Positions 18,741 to 29,581 are shown, counted from the first letter of the stretch. The stretch: DNA of 64,000 nt from Pelotomaculum sp. UBA1371 (GCA_002305915.1 DBRJ01000063.1:54605-118604), one strand, 5' to 3'. The notes: generated by a model not told the origin, from the sequence alone. Numbers and translations are program-made.

Positions 18741-19868
18741 GTGGAACCCTTGCGTTTTATTGTCTCGGGAGGGGGGACAGGCGGTCATATTTACCCCGCT
18801 CTGGCCATTGCCCGGGGGCTTCTGGACAGGTATCCCGGAGCAGAAATCCTTTATGTCGGGACCAGGGGCGGAATGGAGGCGGAGATTGTCCCCAGGGAAG
18901 GATTGCCTTTCCAGGGAATCCCGTCTGCCGGACTGAAACGGAAACTGTCGCTTAAGAACCTGGGGGTTGTTTGGCAGGCCGGGCACGGTTTGTGGCAAGC
19001 TGCCGGCATTATCAGGCGCTTTCGTCCCGGGGCAGTGATCGGGACCGGTGGTTATGTATGCGGCCCGGTGGTTCTGGCAGCAGCCCTTAAAGGAATCCCC
19101 ACTTTGATTCATGAGCAGAATGCGCTGCCGGGGGTCACGAACCGGATTCTTGCACGGTTTGCCTCCAGGGTTGCCGTGACCTTCGCCGATTCGCTGAGTT
19201 ATTTCCCGCAAAGGGAAAAAACAGTTCTTACCGGGCTGCCTGTACGCCCGGAAATTTTACAGGCAGACAGGGAAGAGGGGCTCAAAAAACTTAACTTTGA
19301 AGCTGACCGTTTCCTGTTGCTGTCCTTTGGCGGAAGCCGGGGAGCAAGGTCCATCAATCAGGCAATGCTGCCCGTGCTTAAAAAATATGCCGGTGATCCC
19401 AGGCTAAATATCCTGCATGTAACCGGCAAGTCGGGTTACGAGGATTTTCTTGAGGCCTGCTCAAGAGAGGGTATGGACCTGGCTAATATTGGGAATGTTA
19501 CAGTTAGTTCATATCTTTATAATATGCAGGATGCCCTGGCGGCGGCCGACCTGGTTATAAGCAGGGCCGGTGCGGCTACTCTGGCAGAATTAACAGCTCT
19601 CGGCCTTCCATCGATCTTGATCCCGTACCCCTATGCGGCAGAGAACCACCAGGAGTTCAACGCCCGTGCCCTAGGGAAAGAGGGCGCTGCTCAGGTTGTG
19701 TTGGACAGGCATCTGAAGGGAGAGGCACTCTGCCTGAAGATAGAAGAGTTGTTGAATAAGAGGGAATTGCTGGCGCAAATGGCAGAAGCAAGTAAGAGAA
19801 TGGGTAAGAGAAAGGCTTTGCAAGATCTAATAGATTGTGTAGACAATCTCATAAAAGTTAATAGATAA
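18741..19868 (+). CDS. murG: UDP-GlcNAc:lipid I N-acetylglucosaminyltransferase MurG
   Basis: '[14 protein letters not shown]' and 'GGYVCGPV' are present, followed by a C-terminal 'RAGA.T..E' region. Confidence 0.95.
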   Translation: MEPLRFIVSGGGTGGHIYPALAIARGLLDRYPGAEILYVGTRGGMEAEIVPREGLPFQGIPSAGLKRKLSLKNLGVVWQAGHGLWQAAGIIRRFRPGAVIGTGGYVCGPVVLAAALKGIPTLIHEQNALPGVTNRILARFASRVAVTFADSLSYFPQREKTVLTGLPVRPEILQADREEGLKKLNFEADRFLLLSFGGSRGARSINQAMLPVLKKYAGDPRLNILHVTGKSGYEDFLEACSREGMDLANIGNVTVSSYLYNMQDALAAADLVISRAGAATLAELTALGLPSILIPYPYAAENHQEFNARALGKEGAAQVVLDRHLKGEALCLKIEELLNKRELLAQMAEASKRMGKRKALQDLIDCVDNLIKVNR

Positions 19869-20025
19869 AATGTTATTTTATGTTAATATGACTATAAACA
19901 AGAAGAGGACAGGCTTAAAAATGAACGAATGTAACACCTTGATGGAGATATGCATAGTATATTCTATATTTTAAAGAATTTATTTTAATTCAAGGTTAAA
20001 CCCGGCCAGGAAGGAGATGTAATTT

Positions 20026-21411
20026 GTGCAGAAAAAGCAGCATGTTCATTTTATTGGGATTGGCGGCTCCGGTATGAGTGCCATTGCCAGGATCATGCTC
20101 GAACTGGGTTACCATGTGACCGGGTCGGACCTGAAGACCTCGGCTGCGAGCGAAAGGCTGGAAGCCCTTGGGGCAATTTGCAGCCTGGGGCATGCTGAAG
20201 AAAACCTGGAGGGAGCCGATCTTGTTGTCGCCTCAACTGCCATTCCCCCGGCAAACGTTGAACTGCTCAAGGCCCGGGAAAAGGGACTTAGAATTATGCA
20301 CCGCGGCGAGATGCTGGCCTGGCTGATGCGGCGTCAAAAAGGCATCGCTATTGCAGGGGCTCACGGAAAAACAACCACAACATCCATGATTGCTCTTATT
20401 CTGGAGAAGAATAAGCTGGACCCCACCATTCTAATTGGAGGTGACTTGACAGAAATCGGCGGAAACGCCAAACTTGGTGGAGGGGACTATCTGGTCGCAG
20501 AAGCGGATGAGAGCGACGGCTCTTTTTTAAAACTGAACCCTTTTATTGAGGTCGTTACCAATATTGAGGACGATCATCTTGATTATTACAAAAGTTTTGA
20601 CAACATTGTAGCGGCGTTCCGCGATTTTATGGCCAAGGTGCCCGATGCGGGAGTAGCCGTGGTTTGCTATGACAATCCGGTTATCAGAGGACTTTTGAAG
20701 GGGTATAAGCGTCCCTGCCTGACTTATGCCGTGGACCACCTGGAAGCCGACTACACCTTGCGCAATCTCCGCTTCAACGGACAGGCCACAGCAGGCGATG
20801 TTTACGAGCGGGGGGAACTGCTGGGAATCCTGGAATTGAGCGTACCGGGAATTCACAACCTGTCCAACGCCCTGGCCGCAGTGGCGGTGGGACGTTTTAT
20901 CGGCCTGCCCTTTGAGGGAATCTCCGAGTCACTCAAAACATTCAGGGGGGCCGGGCGCAGGTTTCAGCTTCGAGGTGAGGTCGACGGGATTAAGGTGATC
21001 GATGATTATGCCCACCATCCTTCTGAGATTAAAGCGACCCTGAAAGCGGCAGGGCAGGTCAAAACCGGACGGGTGGTGGGTGTTTTCCAGCCGCACCGCT
21101 ATACCCGGACTTCGCTGCTGGGCGAACGCTTCGGGGATGCTTTCAGCGACGCGGATATAATCATTATCAGCGATATTTACAGCGCCGGAGAAAGGCCCAT
21201 CAAAGGGGTTTCTGCCAGTACAATAGTATCAGCCATCGAAAAGCACGAAGGCCGAAAGGTCGTCTACCTGCCGACCCGTCAGGAAATTGTGGATTACCTG
21301 GTTCAAACGGCCCGCCCAGGAGATATGATTGTGACCATGGGAGCGGGGGATATCTGGTGTGCTGGAGTAGAACTGGTCAGCAAATTAAAGGAGCGTTATA
21401 AAATTGGCTGA
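20026..21411 (+). CDS. murC: UDP-N-acetylmuramate--L-alanine ligase MurC
   Basis: '[14 protein letters not shown]' and '[12 protein letters not shown]' are present. It starts at a GTG behind AGGAAGGAG. Confidence 0.95.
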   Translation: MQKKQHVHFIGIGGSGMSAIARIMLELGYHVTGSDLKTSAASERLEALGAICSLGHAEENLEGADLVVASTAIPPANVELLKAREKGLRIMHRGEMLAWLMRRQKGIAIAGAHGKTTTTSMIALILEKNKLDPTILIGGDLTEIGGNAKLGGGDYLVAEADESDGSFLKLNPFIEVVTNIEDDHLDYYKSFDNIVAAFRDFMAKVPDAGVAVVCYDNPVIRGLLKGYKRPCLTYAVDHLEADYTLRNLRFNGQATAGDVYERGELLGILELSVPGIHNLSNALAAVAVGRFIGLPFEGISESLKTFRGAGRRFQLRGEVDGIKVIDDYAHHPSEIKATLKAAGQVKTGRVVGVFQPHRYTRTSLLGERFGDAFSDADIIIISDIYSAGERPIKGVSASTIVSAIEKHEGRKVVYLPTRQEIVDYLVQTARPGDMIVTMGAGDIWCAGVELVSKLKERYKIG

Positions 21412-22315
21412 TTCAGCTATATGCCGTGAGCTGCAGGAGCTTTTGCCCGGCAGGGTGCGTACCGGGGAGCCGATGAAAAATCATACCAGTTGGCGTATCG
21501 GTGGTCCATCTGAGATTTTTGTTGAACCAGCCGGCCGTGAAGAATTACAGCTTGTGGTGTCCCACGCTTACCGGCGGCAGGTTCCCCTTATGGTAATTGG
21601 TAATGGCTCCAATCTGCTGGTTACTGAAGGAGGAATCCGGGGTATTGTTGTCAAAATCGGCAGCGACCTGGGGAGGATTACAACCAGGGACCTGAGGATC
21701 ACCGCGGAGGCAGGGGCAAAACTGGCCGGAGTCGCGGCAGTTGCCCGGGATAAAGGCCTGGGGGGCTTTGAATTCTCAGCGGGAATACCCGGAACCGTTG
21801 GTGGAGCGGTGGTTATGAACGCGGGGGCCAACGGCTCCAGCATTTGTTCCCTGGTCCACAAGGTATTGCTGCTCAGTCTGGAAGGGGAGTTTTATCAGAA
21901 AGCAAATAAAGATATTTCCTTCGGTTACCGCACCAGTATTCTGCAAAGTGAGCCTGCCATTGTGGTGGAGGCTGAATTTTTCTGTCATTTTAAGGATAAA
22001 AAAGAAATCACCGCAGAAATGGAGAGGCATCTCAACAGGCGCAGGCAAACCCAGCCTCTGGGTTACCCCAATGCCGGTAGTGTGTTCAAAAACCCGCCGG
22101 GGGATTCCGCCGGGCGTTTAATTGAGGCGGCAGGCCTGAAGGGCTTGAGGATTGGGGACGCTCAAATATCCACCGTTCACGCTAACTTTATCATCAACCT
22201 GGGTTCAGCCACGGCCCGGGATATCCTTAAATTGGTCGAACTAGCCAGGGAAAAGGTGCTTGGCTGCTTTGGGGTTGAATTGCAGCTGGAAATAAAGGTT
22301 ATCGGTAATGATTAG
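21404..22315 (+). CDS. murB: UDP-N-acetylenolpyruvoylglucosamine reductase MurB
   Basis: It has an FAD-binding region 'GNGSNLLV' and 'AGSVFKNP'. The TTG start overlaps the murC stop. Confidence 0.95.
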   Translation: MADSAICRELQELLPGRVRTGEPMKNHTSWRIGGPSEIFVEPAGREELQLVVSHAYRRQVPLMVIGNGSNLLVTEGGIRGIVVKIGSDLGRITTRDLRITAEAGAKLAGVAAVARDKGLGGFEFSAGIPGTVGGAVVMNAGANGSSICSLVHKVLLLSLEGEFYQKANKDISFGYRTSILQSEPAIVVEAEFFCHFKDKKEITAEMERHLNRRRQTQPLGYPNAGSVFKNPPGDSAGRLIEAAGLKGLRIGDAQISTVHANFIINLGSATARDILKLVELAREKVLGCFGVELQLEIKVIGND

Positions 22316-22329
22316 GCGGAGGTGGCAGT

Positions 22330-23589
22330 GTGCAAAAGTTTGTGATCGTAGGTGGCAACCGCCTTAAAGGTACCATTCGGGCCAGCGGCTCGAAGAATGC
22401 AACTTTGCCGATTCTGGCGGCGAGTATCCTCAACGCCGGTAAGAGCACCATTTATGAGGCGCCCCAGTTAAGGGACGTTTCAGTGATGAAAGATGTGCTT
22501 AGTTACCTTGGGGCAAAAATCGTCAGTGACCGAAGTACAATTGAAATTGACAGTTCAACCATTCAATCAGTTGAAATAACCGAAGAACTGATGCGCCGCA
22601 TGCGCGCTTCAAACCTTGTTCTGGGTTCTCTGCTGGGGAGGTTCGGCCGGGTCAAGATATCCTACCCGGGCGGCTGCCAGATCGGCAGCCGTCCCATGAA
22701 CCTTCATCTAAAAGGCTTGCAGGCTCTGGGCGCAACCATTCAGGAAAAGTTCGGTTACATTACGGCAGAAGCGGAAAGGCTCCGGGGCACTGATATTCAC
22801 CTGGACCTGCCCAGCGTTGGGGCCACTGAAAATATTATCATGACGGCAATCCTGGCGGAGGGCGTTACGGTTATCCGGAATGCAGCTAAAGAGCCGGAAA
22901 TCGTCGACCTGCAAAACTTTTTAAACAAGATGGGAGCCAGGGTCAAGGGAGCCGGGACCGATACAATCAAAATCGAGGGTGTGCGGCCCGGAGAATTAAT
23001 CCCCGCCGTGCATACTGTAATCCCCGACCGGATTGAGGCGGGGACGCACATGGTGGCGGCAGCTATTACAGGGGGGGAAGTGACGGTAACCAATGTTATT
23101 CCGGAACACCTGGAGCCCTTGATTGCCAAGCTTAGGGAAGCCGGCGTAAGCATAGCCGTAGGAGACGATTATGTCAAAGTGCAGGGGAACGGGCGGGTTA
23201 GGGCCGTCGATATCAAAACCATGCACTATCCGGGGTTCCCCACCGACATGCAGCCCCAGATGATGGCGCTTTTAAGCCTGGCAGAGGGCACCAGCGTTGT
23301 TACCGAGACCATCTTTGAAAACCGGTTTAAGCATGTGGCCGAACTGCGCAGAATGGGGGCTGACATTAAGGTAGAGGGTCAGTCGGCCATCATCAAGGGG
23401 GTTGAGAAGCTCAGCGGGGCCTACCTGGAGGCCAGTGACCTGAGGGCCGGGGCGTCGCTGGTGCTGGCAGCCCTGGCCGCCGAAGACGGTACCGTCCTGG
23501 AAAACGTACACCATATCGACCGCGGTTACGAGAGACTGGAAGTAAAGTATAACTCCCTTGGAGCAAGAATGATTAGAGTTCACAACTAG
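22330..23589 (+). CDS. murA: UDP-N-acetylglucosamine 1-carboxyvinyltransferase MurA
   Basis: 'GSKNATLPILAA' is present. The active-site loop 'YPGGCQIGSRP' retains the Cys, and 'GFPTDMQ' is also present. Confidence 0.95.
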   Translation: MQKFVIVGGNRLKGTIRASGSKNATLPILAASILNAGKSTIYEAPQLRDVSVMKDVLSYLGAKIVSDRSTIEIDSSTIQSVEITEELMRRMRASNLVLGSLLGRFGRVKISYPGGCQIGSRPMNLHLKGLQALGATIQEKFGYITAEAERLRGTDIHLDLPSVGATENIIMTAILAEGVTVIRNAAKEPEIVDLQNFLNKMGARVKGAGTDTIKIEGVRPGELIPAVHTVIPDRIEAGTHMVAAAITGGEVTVTNVIPEHLEPLIAKLREAGVSIAVGDDYVKVQGNGRVRAVDIKTMHYPGFPTDMQPQMMALLSLAEGTSVVTETIFENRFKHVAELRRMGADIKVEGQSAIIKGVEKLSGAYLEASDLRAGASLVLAALAAEDGTVLENVHHIDRGYERLEVKYNSLGARMIRVHN

Positions 23590-23810
23590 TGGCTCTTTTT
23601 TTAGTTGTTTAATGGACAAGGTAACCGGCTTGCTATAAAAAGAGGAAAACCGCAATAAGCGGATTCCTTTAGGGTTTCTTAATTTAATGCTATTTTATCC
23701 TTCCCCGGAAGTTTGCAGGCAGGGCCGGGGTTTTTAGTAAACCGGGGGGATTTGCCGGACCAGCCGTTTTATATTCTCCGGTAAGGTAAATCTATGATAT
23801 TTGTTTTATT

Positions 23811-23960
23811 CTAGATGAAGAAAAAACCAAAACCGATGACCAGCAGAATCAGGATCAGGAAAAGGATAAAAGCCCAATTGCTTCCTCCGCAGGAACCCGC
23901 TCCGTCAAATGCCCCTCCCGTAGCGCCACTGGCTGTGCCTCCGGCTACACCAAATGCCAT
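23811..23960 (-). CDS. Tiny Gly-rich membrane protein, YjcZ-like (49 aa)
   Basis: Not in the ORF track because it is under 60 aa. On the minus strand it reads GGAGG-N8-ATG, then MAFGVAGGTASGATGGAFDGAGSCGGSNWAFILFLILILLVIGFGFFFI*. The Gly-rich head plus a single hydrophobic tail is the architecture of the small YjcZ-type sporulation proteins of Firmicutes. Confidence 0.7.
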   Translation of the reverse strand: MAFGVAGGTASGATGGAFDGAGSCGGSNWAFILFLILILLVIGFGFFFI

Positions 23961-24059
23961 TTTAAATTCCTCCTTTTGGGATTACAACTCTCCGGACATT
24001 ACAGATTTAGACCATAACTCTTCTGGAATTTGCGATGCTTTCAACAATCAGTCAGGTTT

Positions 24060-24191
24060 TTAAATAAAGCAAAGACCAAATCCGACCACCAGAAGTATGA
24101 GAATCAGGAAAAGGATGAAGGCCCAGTTGCCCAATCCGCCTGTCCCAACTCCGCCACAGGTGCCTCCGGTTCCGCCTGTACCGAATGCCAT
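24060..24191 (-). CDS. Tiny Gly-rich membrane protein, YjcZ-like paralogue (43 aa)
   Basis: On the minus strand it reads GGAGG-N7-ATG, then MAFGTGGTGGTCGGVGTGGLGNWAFILFLILILLVVGFGLCFI*. It is clearly paralogous to the neighbouring 49-aa ORF: the 'MAFG' start and the 'NWAFILFLILILLV.GFG' core are identical. Confidence 0.7.
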   Translation of the reverse strand: MAFGTGGTGGTCGGVGTGGLGNWAFILFLILILLVVGFGLCFI

Positions 24192-24498
24192 TATAATTCC
24201 TCCTTTATGTGTTGATTAATAATAAAAATATTTAGGGAACTCTTTTGTTTTAAATCATGAAAAGGCCGTGGAGCATTATTGGCACGTTAGAAAATGCCTG
24301 TCGGCTTTAACATTAATCCCGCCAAATTCCTCCCTTCCGCTGCTTTACAGTATTTTATGATTTTAAACCTCGAGTTGTCACAGAATCAGGTAAAATCTAA
24401 CAAATTATTTTGTTTAATCTAATAGAAATCTAAAGTCCGGCTCCATCTCTCCTTGCCGTCATCCAGGATCAGACAATATTTTCTTTTAAAGATTTTTA

Positions 24499-24526
24499 TG
24501 GACAAGTCTTACTTGGTTGGTATAAT
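24499..24526 (+). promoter_or_regulatory. Candidate sigma-A promoter for ftsQ and the downstream division genes
   Basis: TGGACA (24499-24504), a 16-nt spacer, then TATAAT (24521-24526), about 20 nt before the ftsQ start. Confidence 0.35.
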
Positions 24527-24545
24527 TACATATGGGGAAAACTAA

Positions 24546-25313
24546 TTGAGTCGGACCGGAGTGAAATTCTTGACCGGTTACTATAAAAGAGGCAACGGGA
24601 AGAAAAAATGGAATGTCTTGGAAAGCATTTTTTTTGTTTTAATAGTCATTGTAAGCGGATATGTCCTGCTGCAGTCGCCAATTTTTGAAGTCCACCGGGT
24701 ACTGGTGCGGGGCAATGAGTATATAAGCGAGGAGCAAATAATTTCCGCTGCTAATATCGGTATTGGTGAAAACATTTTTAAGGTTGATTTGAATACCGCT
24801 AAAGCCAACCTGAAATTAATCTCAATGGTCAAAGAAGTCCGGTTAGACAGGTCGTTTCCATCGTCTGTGGTAATAAATGTGCTGGAACGTAAGCCCCTGG
24901 GCCTTTTGCCCGCCCGGGAAGGCTTTATCAAGGTGGATGAAGAAGCTATTTATTTGCAGGAAGCGAAGGCCGGTACCCCAGGACTGCCCGTGTTGACGGG
25001 CATCGAATATGAACTGCCCAATCCCGGGCAGGCTGTCCAATCGGAAAGGCTGAGAGATGCCCTGGAGGTAATCACGGGATTGCCTGCTTCAGTTGTGGCC
25101 AGTCTTTCGGAGGTCCATACCGGTGAGGATGGTCAAATAATCCTTTACACCCTGGAGGGGATCCAGTGCCGTTTAGGACTGGCCATGGAGATACCGGAAA
25201 AAGGGGCTATTCTGGAACAGCTTTTGCAGCAATTAAGCAAACAGAAGGATAAGATTAATTATATTGATCTTTCATGTGCCGGCCAGCCGGTTGTCCTTTA
25301 CAAAGTTAAATAG
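24546..25313 (+). CDS. ftsQ: Cell division protein FtsQ/DivIB (POTRA domain)
   Basis: A single TM segment ('IFFVLIVIVSGYVLL') is followed by a POTRA-like 'VLVRGNEYISEEQIISAANI..GENIFKVDL' and 'VKEVRLDRSFPSSVVINVLERKP'. The start is uncertain (TTG 24546). Confidence 0.85.
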   Translation: MSRTGVKFLTGYYKRGNGKKKWNVLESIFFVLIVIVSGYVLLQSPIFEVHRVLVRGNEYISEEQIISAANIGIGENIFKVDLNTAKANLKLISMVKEVRLDRSFPSSVVINVLERKPLGLLPAREGFIKVDEEAIYLQEAKAGTPGLPVLTGIEYELPNPGQAVQSERLRDALEVITGLPASVVASLSEVHTGEDGQIILYTLEGIQCRLGLAMEIPEKGAILEQLLQQLSKQKDKINYIDLSCAGQPVVLYKVK

Positions 25314-25321
25314 CGGGGGCG

Positions 25322-26023
25322 ATGATTTTGAGAAGCTACAAGTGGGCCATTATCCTGGTTGGTTTGGTCCTGGGCATTATGCTGGCCGCACAGTACCGCG
25401 TTACCAGGGAGATTCAGGCCAACGAAGTTGTCCAGAGAGCGCAGGAGCTTTCCACACAGATTGAAAAACTAAAAATTGACCGGGATAGCTTCCAAAAACA
25501 GGTGGATGAACTGCGTTCTCAATTGGATGAAGTAACTGCAGGTCCCCAGGTCTCCGAAATAAAAGAAGCGCTGGAACATGCCAGAATTGAGGCTGGTGTA
25601 AGCGAGGTAAGCGGTCCCGGCGTAGAGGTTACCTTGAACGACAGCAGTGTAGCCCTTAAGCCGGGTCAAAATCCGAACCTTTATGTCCTGCATGATGAAG
25701 ATATCTTGCGGGTCCTGAACGAGTTGAGGGCGGCCGGCGCGGAAGCTCTCTCCATTAACGGACAGAGACTTTTGGCTACCACCGAAGTTCGCTGTACCGG
25801 TCCGACCATTCTCCTGAATAAGAATAAGCGCCTGGCGCCTCCCTATGTGATTACGGCCATCGGCAATCCGGATATCCTGGAGAGTTCGCTTAAAATGAAA
25901 GGCGGAGTGGCGGAAACTCTCCAGTTTTGGGGGATCCAGGTCGCGGTTAAAAAATTGCCTGAGGTAATCGTACCGGCCTACAGTGGCGGAATCAGGTTTG
26001 AGTATGCCGAGGCAGAGAGTTAG
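25322..26023 (+). CDS. DUF881-family division-cluster protein (YlxW/YlxX-like)
   Basis: It has an N-terminal TM segment, a coiled coil, and the conserved 'GPGVEVTLND', 'VLNELRAAGAEALSINGQRL' and 'PYVITAIGNP' blocks. Confidence 0.85.
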   Translation: MILRSYKWAIILVGLVLGIMLAAQYRVTREIQANEVVQRAQELSTQIEKLKIDRDSFQKQVDELRSQLDEVTAGPQVSEIKEALEHARIEAGVSEVSGPGVEVTLNDSSVALKPGQNPNLYVLHDEDILRVLNELRAAGAEALSINGQRLLATTEVRCTGPTILLNKNKRLAPPYVITAIGNPDILESSLKMKGGVAETLQFWGIQVAVKKLPEVIVPAYSGGIRFEYAEAES

Positions 26024-26034
26024 GGGATTAGCTT

Positions 26035-26739
26035 GTGAATAAGTCAACATATTTATATATAACAATTTTTGCCGTCGTAGTGGGTTCAATGCTGGCCATG
26101 CAGTTTCGCACAGCCAGCAGTGATGATCTTCCGGTTCCCTTTGACAGGCTTCAGGAATTAACCATTGAAAAAAAACAGCTGGAAAAAGACGTAAATCAGC
26201 TTCAAGAAGAGGCTTCAGACCTGGAAGCAAAGCTGGAGGAGGCCATGATAAGTCACGCCGGGGCTGCTGGAGCGTTGGAAAGTGAGCTGTATAAAATCAA
26301 GCTGTATGCCGGACTTCTGCCGGTGGTTGGTCCGGGAGTGGAAGTGACGCTGGATAACCCGTCCGGCGCCGGCTTAAGATACGGTGAGAATGCCGGTTAT
26401 ACTATTAAAGATGAAGATTTGTTAAGAGTTTTAAACGACCTGCGGGGCGCCGGAGCGGAGGCTATAGCGGTAAATGGCCAGAGGATTCTGGCCACCAGCG
26501 AGGTCCGCCTGGCGGGAAATCATATTAATGTAAACCTCACCCGGCTTTCACCTCCCTACAAGATTATTGCCATCGGCAATCCCGGCACGCTGAAAAGCAG
26601 TCTGGAGTTAAAAGGCGGGCTGGCAGAGTACTTGAGCGAGCAAGGGGCGCTTGTGAACGTGGAGACCAAGGAACAAATCCGGGTGCCTGCTTATGACGGT
26701 TCCCTGCGTCTGGAATATGCCGGACCAACCCAGAAATAA
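26035..26739 (+). CDS. DUF881-family division-cluster protein (second paralogue)
   Basis: It has the same architecture as the previous gene: 'GPGVEVTLDN', 'VLNDLRGAGAEAIAVNGQRI' and 'PYKIIAIGNP'. Confidence 0.85.
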   Translation: MNKSTYLYITIFAVVVGSMLAMQFRTASSDDLPVPFDRLQELTIEKKQLEKDVNQLQEEASDLEAKLEEAMISHAGAAGALESELYKIKLYAGLLPVVGPGVEVTLDNPSGAGLRYGENAGYTIKDEDLLRVLNDLRGAGAEAIAVNGQRILATSEVRLAGNHINVNLTRLSPPYKIIAIGNPGTLKSSLELKGGLAEYLSEQGALVNVETKEQIRVPAYDGSLRLEYAGPTQK

Positions 26740-26795
26740 GCTCCGGTTTTGAAAATTTTACATAAATACTAGATAGACGAAGGTGATGGCTAACA

Positions 26796-27137
26796 ATGTG
26801 GTTGGGGCTTTGGTTGACTGTTATCGGAATTGCAGCGGGTGTTCTCATCGGGCTCAACATGCCCGTAGTCCTGCCCCATGCTTATGCCAAGTATTTATCC
26901 GTGGCGGCCCTGGCGGCCCTGGACTCGGTTTTTGGCGGTTTGCGCGCTGCTATGGAAGAACACTTTGATAACACTATTTTTATTACCGGTTTTTTCAGCA
27001 ACGCCCTGCTGGCCGCGGGGCTGGCCTTTGTTGGAGAACGTCTTGGAATCGACCTTTATCTGGCTGCAGTGGTGGCCTTTGGTGTCAGGTTATTCCAGAA
27101 CCTTGCTATTATCCGCCGTCACCTGCTAAAAAAATAA
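26796..27137 (+). CDS. sbp: Small basic protein Sbp
   Basis: A 113-aa membrane protein with 'YLSVAALAALDSVFGG.RA' and a basic C-terminus 'IIRRHLLKK'. It sits between the DUF881 pair and ftsA, as in B. subtilis. Confidence 0.85.
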   Translation: MWLGLWLTVIGIAAGVLIGLNMPVVLPHAYAKYLSVAALAALDSVFGGLRAAMEEHFDNTIFITGFFSNALLAAGLAFVGERLGIDLYLAAVVAFGVRLFQNLAIIRRHLLKK

Positions 27138-27160
27138 ATTTTTAAAAGGGAAATCGCCAT

Positions 27161-28405
27161 TTGCGTGGAATCCTAACAAAACAGCCAAAGTTTGGTCGGG
27201 AGGCGCCCTGGTTGGCTAAAGATCTACCCGTTGTATTAATGGGCCTTGATCCTGGTACTTCGAAGAACGCTGTGGTCATTGCCCTTGTTTACAAAGGATC
27301 CCTTGAACTGGTAGGAGTGGGAGAATCCCCCAGTGTAGGTATCCATAAGGGTGTAATAGACAATCCTGCTCTCACGGCAAAGTCTGTTAAACAAGCACTG
27401 GAAAAAGCTGAAAAGATGGCAGGGATCAGGGTAGGCAGGGTTTCTGTCAGTTATTGCAGTGCAAATATAGAAGTTCTTAATTCTCCGGGCGGCCTGACGC
27501 TGACCGGGCAATTAGGCTCCCGCTCCGGGAAAGAACGCCCTGCAGTTGATCCGGCGCTGGCTGCAGTGCCCCCGGGCCGGAGGATCATTAAGCGACTACC
27601 GGCACCTTTAACACGAACAGTTCCCGGACTGGAACAGAACTGTGACCGGATTGTAACAGCGCCCTCAGAAGATATTGCAAATTTAATTGAGTGCGCGCGC
27701 CTGGCCGGCCTTGCCGTTCAGGAAGTGGTCTACAGCCCCCTGGCCAGTTCATACGCGTTGCTAACGCCTGCTGAAAAAGAATTGGGAACTATTCTGATAG
27801 ATATTGGGTCGGGGATTACCTCCGTTAGTATTTTCAACAGGGGTTTGCTCAGGGAAACAGCCGTGCTCCCCCTGGGGGGAGAGCACCTGGTCGGTGATCT
27901 TGCTATAGGACTTAGCATGTCCCTGACCCGGGCCGTGGAAATACTAAGGGAATATAAGCCCGAAGATGAGGAAGCCCCGGGGGGAAATGATGACGGCGCT
28001 GGAAACGGTGTATGTGTTGCTGTAAAAAGCAAGAATACCCGGGATCTGGTTCGTTCTATCATTGAGGCCAGGCTCACGGAGATTTTTACTCTCGCCGGCG
28101 AAGTAATCAGGGGTTTTGATTACCCTGGTCTCCTGCCCGGGGGAGTCGTGATCCATGGAGGCGTATCCCAGTTAAGCGGACTATCTTGTGTAGCTGAAAA
28201 AATATTGCAGATTCCTGTCCGGATTGGCCAGCTTCAAAACCCGGGGCCTGCTTTGAAACCTGCTTTTGCTAATGCCCTGGGACTTGTTAAATACCGTTTT
28301 TCGCGCCTGCCGGGTGAAAAGAAAGTTTCAAGAAACCGCCAGGAACAAAAAGAGGGTTTTGTGGGCAGGGTTTTCAACTGGTTAGAGGATCGAAACAAGA
28401 GATGA
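27161..28405 (+). CDS. ftsA: Cell division protein FtsA (actin-like ATPase)
   Basis: It has the phosphate-1 motif 'GLDPGTSK' and 'IDIGSGITSVSIF'. The C-terminal amphipathic helix is 'GFVGRVFNWLED', and the gene lies directly before ftsZ. The N-terminus is uncertain (TTG 27161, TTG 27212 or ATG 27239). Confidence 0.85.
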   Translation: MRGILTKQPKFGREAPWLAKDLPVVLMGLDPGTSKNAVVIALVYKGSLELVGVGESPSVGIHKGVIDNPALTAKSVKQALEKAEKMAGIRVGRVSVSYCSANIEVLNSPGGLTLTGQLGSRSGKERPAVDPALAAVPPGRRIIKRLPAPLTRTVPGLEQNCDRIVTAPSEDIANLIECARLAGLAVQEVVYSPLASSYALLTPAEKELGTILIDIGSGITSVSIFNRGLLRETAVLPLGGEHLVGDLAIGLSMSLTRAVEILREYKPEDEEAPGGNDDGAGNGVCVAVKSKNTRDLVRSIIEARLTEIFTLAGEVIRGFDYPGLLPGGVVIHGGVSQLSGLSCVAEKILQIPVRIGQLQNPGPALKPAFANALGLVKYRFSRLPGEKKVSRNRQEQKEGFVGRVFNWLEDRNKR

Positions 28406-28498
28406 CCTGAGACACCAACCGGCACGCTCATGAAATACTGGATGCGGCGGTTTAGGAAATAATCCAAGCGATAGTAATAATAGAGGGGGACTATAGGC

Positions 28499-29548
28499 AT
28501 GCTTGACTTTGAACTCGACCTTGACCAGTTCGCCAATATAAAGGTTATTGGGGTCGGGGGAGGTGGCAATAACGCGGTAAACAGGATGATTCACGCGGGT
28601 CTCAAAGGAGTTGAGTTTATCGCGGTAAACACCGACGCCCAGGCGCTTTATTTGGCTCAGTCCAACCACAAAATTCAAATCGGCACCAAACTGACTAAAG
28701 GCCTGGGCTCCGGCGGCAACCCCGAAATCGGCCAAAAGGCCGCCGAAGAAAGCCGCGATGAGATCCTGCAGGCCTTGAAGGGTTCTGACATGGTATTTGT
28801 TACAGCCGGCATGGGCGGGGGAACAGGCACCGGAGCTGCTCCCATTGTGGCTGAGGTTGCCAAGGAACTGGGAGCCCTGACCGTGGGTGTTGTAACCAAG
28901 CCGTTTACATTCGAAGGGCGTAAGAGAGCTGCCCAGGCGGATGCCGGAATTGAGACTCTGAAGGAAAAGGTTGACACACTGATTACCATTCCCAACGACA
29001 GGTTATTACAGGTCATTGAAAAGCAAACATCTATTGTTGAGGCTTTCCGGATTGCAGATGATGTGTTGCGCCAGGGTGTTCAGGGCATTTCCGACTTAAT
29101 TGCCGTACCCGGCCTAATCAACCTTGATTTTGCCGATGTAAAGACCATTATGAAGGAAACTGGTTCCGCTTTGATGGGTATCGGCACCGCAGGCGGGGAT
29201 AACAGGGCTACGGAGGCCGCCCGGGCATCCATTTCCAGCCCGCTGCTGGAAACCTCCATTGAGGGGGCCAGGGGAGTTTTATTGAATATTACAGGTGGTG
29301 CTTCCCTGGGTCTGTTTGAGGTAAACGAGGCGGCGGAGATTATTGCCCAGGCCGCCGATCCTGAGGCCAACATTATTTTTGGAGCGGTTATCGACGAGCG
29401 GATGGAAGATGATGTCCGGGTAACCGTTATTGCCACGGGATTTGATCAGAGGGCACCGAAAAAGGGACGAACCGTTGATGAACTGGAAATTAAACCATTG
29501 TCTACCCATGATGATCTGGATATTCCGGCTTTTTTGCGCAGACGATAA
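28499..29548 (+). CDS. ftsZ: Cell division GTPase FtsZ
   Basis: '[13 protein letters not shown]' and the tubulin signature '[10 protein letters not shown]' are present. The C-terminal peptide is '[12 protein letters not shown]'. Confidence 0.98.
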   Translation: MLDFELDLDQFANIKVIGVGGGGNNAVNRMIHAGLKGVEFIAVNTDAQALYLAQSNHKIQIGTKLTKGLGSGGNPEIGQKAAEESRDEILQALKGSDMVFVTAGMGGGTGTGAAPIVAEVAKELGALTVGVVTKPFTFEGRKRAAQADAGIETLKEKVDTLITIPNDRLLQVIEKQTSIVEAFRIADDVLRQGVQGISDLIAVPGLINLDFADVKTIMKETGSALMGIGTAGGDNRATEAARASISSPLLETSIEGARGVLLNITGGASLGLFEVNEAAEIIAQAADPEANIIFGAVIDERMEDDVRVTVIATGFDQRAPKKGRTVDELEIKPLSTHDDLDIPAFLRRR

Positions 29549-29555
29549 AAATACA

Positions 29556-29581
29556 CCCCCCTGCCGGACATGGGGTTTTTT
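29556..29581 (+). terminator. Rho-independent terminator after ftsZ
   Basis: CCCCCTG-ccgga-CATGGGG hairpin (one mismatch) followed by TTTTT. Confidence 0.6.

Noticed and set aside
23815-24215. + strand ORFs 23815-24063 (82 aa) and 24030-24215 (61 aa)
   Set aside because: They are antisense shadows of the two YjcZ-like mini-genes. They have no RBS and low-complexity Pro/Ala/Lys-rich products, whereas the minus-strand ORFs have GGAGG sites and paralogous products.
25469-26230. Long antisense ORFs opposite well-supported genes (for example 25469-26230, 45020-45628, 47769-48479, 50699-51583, 53298-54128, 60828-61634, 61004-61675, 62596-63303, all on the minus strand)
   Set aside because: Each lies entirely within a confidently identified + strand gene. 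Their products are Arg/Pro/Gly-rich and typical of frame shadows in moderately GC-rich DNA. None has start signals.
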